From an uncultured Candidatus Saccharibacteria bacterium (GTDB lineage: Bacteria; Patescibacteriota; Minisyncoccia; Minisyncoccales; UBA1441), in contig CAZUSP010000003.1 in the NCBI GenBank assembly GCA_964623505.1, forward strand, positions 1 to 37,914: 37,914 nt of DNA, given 5' to 3'. Below the pieces are notes generated by a model. That model had not been told where the DNA came from. It searched no databases and saw only the letters and a list, made by a program, of their open reading frames with translations. The translations under genes and the position numbers were made by a program. Below, piece after piece: positions 32,251 through 37,914 of this stretch (position 1 is its first letter; every line of letters starts with the position of its first letter).

Positions 32251-33939
32251 TCAGAAACCCAGAGTACAAGATCCGGCCGTCCGGAACCAGTAGCCCTGTC
32301 CTTCCTCTAAACGAGTCGGTCGAACATACTCCCTGGCTGAAGGGCTCCAGCCCCAGATAGAACTGACCTGGCAGTCGCCGGTGATCCGGTCTATTCCGAT
32401 TCCTCCGGCCGGAGCGCCAACCATGTGCCAACCAGCGCCGACCAGAGAGACGCTACCCCGCCAAGGCGAACCAGTGACGGGAAGGCGGCAGGGTTGATCA
32501 ACCCCGATCCAGTATCCCTGTCCCGGAACCATTGATTCGGGTTTGTAATAACTATTGGCTGATCGAGACCATCCCCAGATAACACTATTCGCACAATGAG
32601 AGGAGATGGTTGAAAAGCTTAAAGAGCCGCTGGCCGGCCAAGAGACCATGTTCCAACCGGGGCTGAGGGATATATTTGAAGCCGCAGAATCCGGCGGAAC
32701 CGGAGTCGGTGGAGCTGCTCCGGCAAAGCTGCACTCAACCGAACCAGAGACCGCCCTCCGGATATTGGGACAGGCACAATCATAGAACTGCCAATCCAGC
32801 CTTGGACGACCCGCTGCTATGCCTCTAGAATCAACTCTAACTGATCCCTGATGCCAAACACCCATCTGCCTTTCATTTGAACTTAGCGGGATCACTCTCA
32901 TCAATCTTGGCTCTTGAACACTCCCGAGATAAAGAGTTGTTCCGGGAGGATTGATATAGCGATAGTTGATAACCACGAAGTCAGAACCTCTCTGGCCACA
33001 ACTAGGTTCTATAACGAAAGAAGTGGGTAGCGCCGCTAAAGTCTGGCAGGTGGCTGGTGAGCCGATATTAGGCCAGCCGCTGGCACTGCTTTTAACCTGA
33101 TAAACATAGCTCTGCCCCTGTTTCAAGTTAGTATCGGAAAAGCTGACCGTTTCATAATCACCGTGCTGTCGGCGCGATAATTTGCTTAATTGAACTCCAT
33201 CTCGATAAAGATAAAAATCGTCGTAGCCGCCACGAACTTTAATGCTTAAGTCGATTGCGCTTTGATTTTTGGCCCGACAGGTAATTTCAGCTGAAGAAGC
33301 GGGGCAGTTGCAGCAACATCTTTCGCAAGGGAAAATCCGGCTGCAAACACTAAGCGTTGTTTGCGGATCTCTCATTCCGGCCGGACAATCCATGAGACAG
33401 CCGACTCCTTTCCACCGGCACTCACCCGGACAACCCCACTTTTCCATACATACGCTGTTACAAGAAGCCGCTTTCGGCTTCTCTTTCTCCGGATCAGAGG
33501 ACTGCCGCCCATAAGAACACTGTGTTTCGGCCAAAATCTTATTGGGCGGACATGATGTGTTTCCTCGCCAGAGATAATAAGTATATTGCCTTTCTGGTTC
33601 TATGCGAAAAGAGCCCCAGTGGCCATAATTAAAAACCTTGTCGTCAACAATGGATCCTGAACTGCTATACGGAATCAACCAAGCTCCGATCGTGGCCACC
33701 GTCTTCTGGTCTTCCTCATCCATTTTCCGTTGATTGTTGAAATAAGAGCCCTTGCGGACAATATGAACGATCTCAATCGCATTGGAAAAGCCATAATTAA
33801 CTGTCACCGAGTTGCCGTTATGAACGCAGGTGATCCATCCGGCCTCCCCGCCTTGCGCTGATGACGTTTGAATCAGCGCCATCAGACCAAAAATACCAAC
33901 GAACAACACCACCAAAGAAAACAATGCTTTGTTTTTCAT
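32251..33939 (-). CDS. Secreted Cys-rich surface protein with Fn3-like modules and two C-terminal GW...IWGW...GQGYW modules
   Basis: 562 aa with a signal peptide (…LIQTSSAQG). Contains 15 Cys within aa 130-221 (CNSVCMEKWGCPGECRWKGVGCLMDCP...CERCCCNCP). Fn3-like segments, a PT linker, then a tandem ~65-aa module pair. Confidence 0.8.
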   Translation of the reverse strand: MKNKALFSLVVLFVGIFGLMALIQTSSAQGGEAGWITCVHNGNSVTVNYGFSNAIEIVHIVRKGSYFNNQRKMDEEDQKTVATIGAWLIPYSSSGSIVDDKVFNYGHWGSFRIEPERQYTYYLWRGNTSCPPNKILAETQCSYGRQSSDPEKEKPKAASCNSVCMEKWGCPGECRWKGVGCLMDCPAGMRDPQTTLSVCSRIFPCERCCCNCPASSAEITCRAKNQSAIDLSIKVRGGYDDFYLYRDGVQLSKLSRRQHGDYETVSFSDTNLKQGQSYVYQVKSSASGWPNIGSPATCQTLAALPTSFVIEPSCGQRGSDFVVINYRYINPPGTTLYLGSVQEPRLMRVIPLSSNERQMGVWHQGSVRVDSRGIAAGRPRLDWQFYDCACPNIRRAVSGSVECSFAGAAPPTPVPPDSAASNISLSPGWNMVSWPASGSLSFSTISSHCANSVIWGWSRSANSYYKPESMVPGQGYWIGVDQPCRLPVTGSPWRGSVSLVGAGWHMVGAPAGGIGIDRITGDCQVSSIWGWSPSAREYVRPTRLEEGQGYWFRTAGSCTLGF

Positions 33940-33954
33940 TTTTTTATTATCTGA

Positions 33955-33982
33955 ATTATACTCAGACCAATTATAAAATCAA
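33955..33982 (-). promoter_or_regulatory. Sigma70-type promoter TTGATT-16 nt-TATAAT for the 562-aa gene
   Basis: Minus strand: TTGATT (33982-33977), 16-nt spacer, TATAAT (33960-33955). The ATG at 33939 lies 15 nt downstream. Confidence 0.45.
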
Positions 33983-33992
33983 TTCTCTTAAC

Positions 33993-34021
33993 TTGCAATA
34001 GATTGCTTTTCGTTATATATT
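33993..34021 (+). promoter_or_regulatory. Sigma70-type promoter TTGCAA-17 nt-TATATT for the S1-domain gene
   Basis: TTGCAA at 33993-33998, TATATT at 34016-34021. The ATG at 34032 is only 10 nt after the -10, so the leader would be very short or absent. Confidence 0.45.
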
Positions 34022-34031
34022 ATAAGACATT

Positions 34032-34967
34032 ATGACCAAAACCGTTAAAGATAAAACTAATTTGATTCCGCCGCTAACCGAAGGAGAGTTTGTTGAAGGC
34101 CGGATCATCGGCTTCGGCCGATCAACTATTTATATTGATCTTAGCCCCCGCGGCACAGCTATTGTTTATGGGCGAGAATTCTATGACGTTAAAAATGCCC
34201 TCAAGGGCCTTTCTATTGGCGATCTTCTTTCGGGAGAGATAATCAGCACCGAGAACGAAGATGGCTATCCCGAGATGTCCATCAAGAGGGCTTTCCGCCA
34301 AAGAATATGGGCAGATCTGACCAAGAAAAGGGAAAGCGGTGAAACGATTGAGGTCAGAGTGTCTGGCGCCAATAAGGGCGGTCTTATCGTCAAAATAGAG
34401 GATATTCAGGCCTTTTTGCCGGCTTCTCAATTATCCTTTGAGCACTTTCCCCGAGTTGAAGATGCCGACAAAAACAAGATTCTAAGCAAACTGGAAGGCC
34501 TAATTGGTCAGACAATAAAAGTAAAGGTGCTTGACTTGGATCGAAAAGAAGAAAAACTCATTCTCTCGGAAAAGCTGGAAGAAATGGAAAAAACCAAAAA
34601 GAATCTCCAGGAATATCAATCCGGAGACGTGATTGAGGGCGAGATCACTGGCCTAGCCGACTTTGGCGCCTTCATTCGCTTCGGTCCCAACAATCTCGAA
34701 GGACTGATTCACATATCTGAACTAGACTGGGGACTGGTCAAGCATCCATCTGACATCGTCAAAGTAGGTCAAAAAGTCAAAGCCCGCATTGTTGAGATCG
34801 GCCGCGATGGACGAGTTTCTCTTTCTTTGAAGTCGGCCCGCACTCCGAAAAAAGCAGCCACTGATCCTAAAGACAAAGAGGCGAAGCCAGTTGCGCAAGA
34901 TGTGCCGGCAGTTAAGAAAAAAGCTTCTGCAGCCAAATCAGCCAAAGAAGATGAGTCAACTATTTAA
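34032..34967 (+). CDS. rpsA: 30S ribosomal protein S1-like (three to four S1 domains)
   Basis: 311 aa. S1 OB-fold repeats: GEFVEGRIIGFGRSTIYIDL; IEVRVSGANKGGLIVKI; GDVIEGEITGLADFGAFIRF...GLIHISEL...GQKVKARIVEI. Lys/Ala-rich tail. Confidence 0.8.
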   Translation: MTKTVKDKTNLIPPLTEGEFVEGRIIGFGRSTIYIDLSPRGTAIVYGREFYDVKNALKGLSIGDLLSGEIISTENEDGYPEMSIKRAFRQRIWADLTKKRESGETIEVRVSGANKGGLIVKIEDIQAFLPASQLSFEHFPRVEDADKNKILSKLEGLIGQTIKVKVLDLDRKEEKLILSEKLEEMEKTKKNLQEYQSGDVIEGEITGLADFGAFIRFGPNNLEGLIHISELDWGLVKHPSDIVKVGQKVKARIVEIGRDGRVSLSLKSARTPKKAATDPKDKEAKPVAQDVPAVKKKASAAKSAKEDESTI

Positions 34968-36789
34968 GAAGATTGGTCTTATCCTGATGATTCTTTTGGT
35001 GGCCTCGGCCATTTTCTCCCTGCTCTTCCCGGAAGAAGAGAGCCCAAAAGAATCGATCGGTTTGAGCCAGCTGATTCAACAAATAAAAAGGGGCGAAGTC
35101 AAAGAGGTAATTGTTTCGGAAGATTCTTTGGAGGTCATCTACCAAGATGAGTCCCGGGCTTTTTCGCGAAAAGAACCCGGCCTGGCCCTGACCCAATCGT
35201 TGGTCAACTATGGAGTTGATCCGACACAGATACAGGCAGTCCAAGTCTCGTTCCAAGAACCTTCGGTTGGTTTGGGAGCCGCTTTCTGGCCGATCCTAAT
35301 TCTTGTTATGCCAACCCTGCTGATTGTTCTCTTCTTTTGGATGATCTTCCGACAAACCAAAGGAAGCGTCAACCAGACCATGTCTTTCTTGAAGTCGCCT
35401 GATCAAAAGTTCGTCGCCCGAAATAAAAATGGAAAAATCAGCTTTAAAGACATTGGCGGACTAGAAGAAGTTAAAAATGAGCTGGAAGAAATAGTTGAAT
35501 TTTTGAAAAAGCCAGACAAGTTTCTGAACATGGGAGCTAAAATTCCCCGAGGGGTTCTGCTGATCGGCGCCCCCGGTTCAGGCAAGACCCTCCTGGCCCG
35601 AGCCATTGCCTCGGAAGCCAGTGTGCCTTTTTACTCTATCTCTGGCTCTGAATTTGTCGAGATGTTCGTCGGCGTCGGCTCAAGGCGGGTCAAAGATCTG
35701 TTTGAAAAGGCCAAAAAAAACCAGCCCAGCATTATTTTCATTGACGAGCTTGATGCCATTGGCCGAACCCGTGGTTATGGCTGGGGCGGAGGAAACGACG
35801 AGCGGGAGCAGACCCTCAACCAGATACTGGTTGAGATGGATGGCTTTCGCCGAGAGGAAAAAGTCATTATTTTGGGCGCAACAAACAGGCCCGATGTCTT
35901 GGACCCGGCTCTGTTAAGACCCGGCCGATTTGATCGAAGAGTGGTCACTGATCTGCCTGATACAAAAAACCGCCAAAAAATACTGGAGATACACTGTCGC
36001 AACAAGCCCTTAAGCAAAGAAGTGGATTTCCGGGAAATTGCCGAAAGAACTTCTGGCTTTTCCGGAGCCGACCTGGAAAACTTAGCCAACGAAGCCGCTA
36101 TCTTGGCCGCGAGAAAAGACCACAAAACCATCTCTCAAGAAGACTTCCTGGAGTCCATCATCAAGGTTATGCTTGGCCCGGAAAGAAAGAGCCACCTGCT
36201 TGATGAACAAGAGAAAGAAATTGCTGCCTGTCATGAAGGCGGGCACGCCCTGATCTCCTCTGTTAGCCCCGGTACCGAGATCATTCGCAAGGTCTCTATT
36301 GTCGCTCGGGGGTTAAGCGCCGGATATACTTTCTCAACACCAGCCAAGGAAAAGAAACTTTTAAGTCAAGAACAGTTGAAAGCAACCCTGACCGCCATGC
36401 TTGGCGGCTATGTGGCCGAGAAGATAAGGTTCGGCCAGGTCTCCACCGGAGCATCTAATGATCTTCAGCGAGCCACCGCCCTGGCCCGAAAGATGGTCAG
36501 CGAATATGGCATGTCCCGTCTTGGCCCAATCAGTTTTCATGAGGAAAGCGAGTGGTGGCCGGCCGGATTCTCAAAAAAAACCTTCTCGGAAGAGTGGGCC
36601 ACCAAGGTCGACGAAGAAATTGACCGACTGATCAAAGAGGCCGAAGCCGAGGCCGTGAAAATACTGAAAAAACACCGGCACACTCTTAATAAGCTGGTTA
36701 AGATTCTAATTGAAAAAGAGACCCTGGAAAGAGAAGAATTCGAAGAGATAGTTAAAGCTGATCTGAAAAAGAGATCTTCTCAACCTTAG
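34951..36789 (+). CDS. ftsH: ATP-dependent zinc metalloprotease FtsH
   Basis: Start chosen at [17 protein letters not shown] (ATG at 34951). Walker [16 protein letters not shown], Walker [13 protein letters not shown] region, zinc site HEGGHAL. Confidence 0.95.
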   Translation: MSQLFKKIGLILMILLVASAIFSLLFPEEESPKESIGLSQLIQQIKRGEVKEVIVSEDSLEVIYQDESRAFSRKEPGLALTQSLVNYGVDPTQIQAVQVSFQEPSVGLGAAFWPILILVMPTLLIVLFFWMIFRQTKGSVNQTMSFLKSPDQKFVARNKNGKISFKDIGGLEEVKNELEEIVEFLKKPDKFLNMGAKIPRGVLLIGAPGSGKTLLARAIASEASVPFYSISGSEFVEMFVGVGSRRVKDLFEKAKKNQPSIIFIDELDAIGRTRGYGWGGGNDEREQTLNQILVEMDGFRREEKVIILGATNRPDVLDPALLRPGRFDRRVVTDLPDTKNRQKILEIHCRNKPLSKEVDFREIAERTSGFSGADLENLANEAAILAARKDHKTISQEDFLESIIKVMLGPERKSHLLDEQEKEIAACHEGGHALISSVSPGTEIIRKVSIVARGLSAGYTFSTPAKEKKLLSQEQLKATLTAMLGGYVAEKIRFGQVSTGASNDLQRATALARKMVSEYGMSRLGPISFHEESEWWPAGFSKKTFSEEWATKVDEEIDRLIKEAEAEAVKILKKHRHTLNKLVKILIEKETLEREEFEEIVKADLKKRSSQP

Positions 36790-36805
36790 TTTTTTCTGTT
36801 AGAAT
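36777..36805 (+). promoter_or_regulatory. Possible promoter TTCTCA-17 nt-TAGAAT for the tRNA pair
   Basis: The -10 TAGAAT at 36800-36805 is 15 nt upstream of the tRNA-Ile 5' end. The -35 lies inside the ftsH 3' end. Confidence 0.3.
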
Positions 36806-36820
36806 AGGTCGCTTCAGGGA

Positions 36821-36892
36821 GGGCCAGTAGCTCAGCGGCGGAGCAATCGGCTTATATCCGATCGGTCGGGGGTTCGAATCCCTCCTGGCCCA
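36821..36892 (+). tRNA. tRNA-Ile with genomically encoded UAU anticodon
   Basis: GGGCCAG/TA/GCTC-AGCGGCG-GAGC/A/ATCGG-CTTATAT-CCGAT/CGGTC/GGGGG-TTCGAAT-CCCTC/CTGGCCC-A. Anticodon TAT at 36853-36855. Confidence 0.8.
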
Positions 36893-36901
36893 CCTTTGAA
36901 A

Positions 36902-36978
36902 GGGCGGTTGGCTCAGTTGGTTAGAGCGTCACAGTGACATTGTGAAGGTCGCAGGTTCGAATCCTGCACCGCCCACCA
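36902..36978 (+). tRNA. tRNA-Val (anticodon GAC), CCA encoded
   Basis: GGGCGGT acceptor, D arm GCTC-AGTTGGTTA-GAGC, anticodon arm TCACA-GTGACAT-TGTGA, T arm GCAGG-TTCGAAT-CCTGC, then ACCGCCC-A-CCA. Confidence 0.9.
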
Positions 36979-37036
36979 GATAGGAAATTGCAGTTTTTCG
37001 GAGACCATTTCGTAAGCGGCTCGGCAGAGCCGCCCA

Positions 37037-37396
37037 TTAGTTTTGGGGATTGTTTTCAGAGCCGCTCGGCGTGCAGAGGCGCGTCTCGCGGCCGGACGAA
37101 AAGAGGTTCGACCCAAAGACTTCTTTGGCAGCAATCTTTTTCTTAAAAAGGTTGCTATCACTTACGATTTTTGCAAGGGTTTGAGCGTAGTTCGGCCAGT
37201 TTTCCATTAGTTCAACCCAGTCATTCTGCTTTTGTTCAAGTTTGATAATTTGTTCTTCCGACAACTTCTTTTCTGACAATAAAACCACCTTTTGCTCTCG
37301 ATAAGTTTCACGTATGTCTTGCTCAAGATAACCGTCAAGAAGTCGCTGGAGCTTCAGCTTTATTTCATTGACCTTACCTTGGCGCCTCTTGAACAA
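37037..37396 (-). pseudogene. 3' remnant of a large serine recombinase gene
   Basis: The ORF opens on TTG just after an in-frame TAG, and no catalytic or zinc-ribbon region lies upstream. KLQRLLDGYLEQDIRETYREQKVVLLSEKKLSEEQIIKLEQKQNDWVELMENW...KEVFGSNLF resembles the C-terminal coiled-coil tail of CPR recombinase-family proteins as I remember them. It converges on the 3' end of tRNA-Val. Confidence 0.5.
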
Positions 37397-37914
37397 AGAC
37401 GGCGCAGGATCGGGCGGATTCTTTCTTGTCTTTTTCTAACATTATAATGCCGCGCCGTCCGAACTCATCTCCGCCTGTCTGTCAGGGTAGAACGCCGAAA
37501 ACAGAATTTTCTACATTTTTTTGTTTTTTTGCGCGCGCCTGTTTTTTTTAGAAAGAAGAAGAAAATTTTGTTGAGGCCCTGCACCAGAGCGAAGCTCGGT
37601 GCGGAGTAGACTCCGCTGCCGCTTTGCGGCACAGAGGCGTCAGAGCCGCACTTCGCGCGGCTCTATATCAATCGCCGGAATCTTTGGTAAAATGAGTTCG
37701 GGTAAGGTTATATAATCACACCAATATTTATTCGATCTGATTAAAAGATTCTTTTGAAGCGTTTTGATTCAACGAGCCATATTAGTTATAGAAAACAAAT
37801 CGGATGAGCTTGGTTGAGAGTTGTTTTTTAATGCGAATAGATATTGTCAATTAGCCTAAGCCATTAGGCTGCTTTTAAATCAATAATCCTTGCCTTTGGC
37901 CGGAAAACAAATAT

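Noticed and set aside
31710-32760. Diversity-generating retroelement (template repeat / variable repeat pair), suggested by the duplicated 3' end of a surface-protein gene
   Set aside because: In the best-conserved ~76 nt the six mismatches are ordinary transitions in both directions (A/G and C/T on either strand). They are not substitutions confined to adenines of one copy. No reverse transcriptase or accessory gene is present nearby, and the copy is much longer and more diverged than a DGR template repeat.
37571-37585. Possible attR: CCTGCACC matches 8 nt of the tRNA-Val T-arm/acceptor region
   Set aside because: The match is only 8 nt with no extension on either side, which is expected by chance within a few kb. 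It also lies inside one of the GC-rich hairpin motifs.
1-37914. CRISPR array, rRNA genes, intact IS elements or prophage genes
   Set aside because: I found no regularly spaced direct repeats, no rRNA-like sequence, and no transposase, integrase or phage structural ORF apart from the truncated recombinase tail at 37037..37396.

Overview
Gene-dense window (roughly 90% coding) from a small, streamlined bacterial genome. It is most consistent with a Candidate Phyla Radiation / Patescibacteria organism. That placement is inference from several features: lamin-tail-domain and CPR-type pilin-domain proteins, a shortened ValRS, many signal-anchored hypothetical proteins and weak Shine-Dalgarno usage. 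The genetic code is standard, since TGA terminates several clearly complete genes. No database search was possible, so all family names come from motifs I recognise by eye.

Housekeeping content: gyrA, valS, tsaD, ychF, ftsH, an S1-domain ribosomal protein, a GuaD-like deaminase, a rubrerythrin plus desulforedoxin pair, two Hsp20 genes, a PrsW-like protease, an MscS channel, a Na/Pi cotransporter and four tRNAs: Glu-UUC, Leu-UAG, Ile-UAU and Val-GAC.

Accessory content is dominated by cell-envelope and surface genes:
- a 1297-aa cysteine-rich modular protein
- a 1240-aa LTD-PKD-LTD-GLUG protein
- a 562-aa Cys-rich protein, followed by a degenerate promoterless copy of its own 3' end
- three pilin-domain proteins, one fused to a large adhesin-like ectodomain, packed behind gyrA
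- a run of small membrane-anchored proteins, including tandem paralogs

Most interesting leads:
1. The orphan pilin/adhesin locus and the structured GC-rich leader or ncRNA in front of one pilin gene.
2. The silent 3' cassette downstream of the 562-aa gene.
3. An unrecognised ~200-230-aa Cys-rich module present three times in the giant protein, with G-quadruplex motifs exactly at its Pro/Thr/Ala linkers.
4. A promoter-to-terminator sRNA candidate.
5. A tRNA-Ile with a UAU anticodon.
6. A serine-recombinase remnant beside tRNA-Val.

No CRISPR array, rRNA or intact mobile element is visible.
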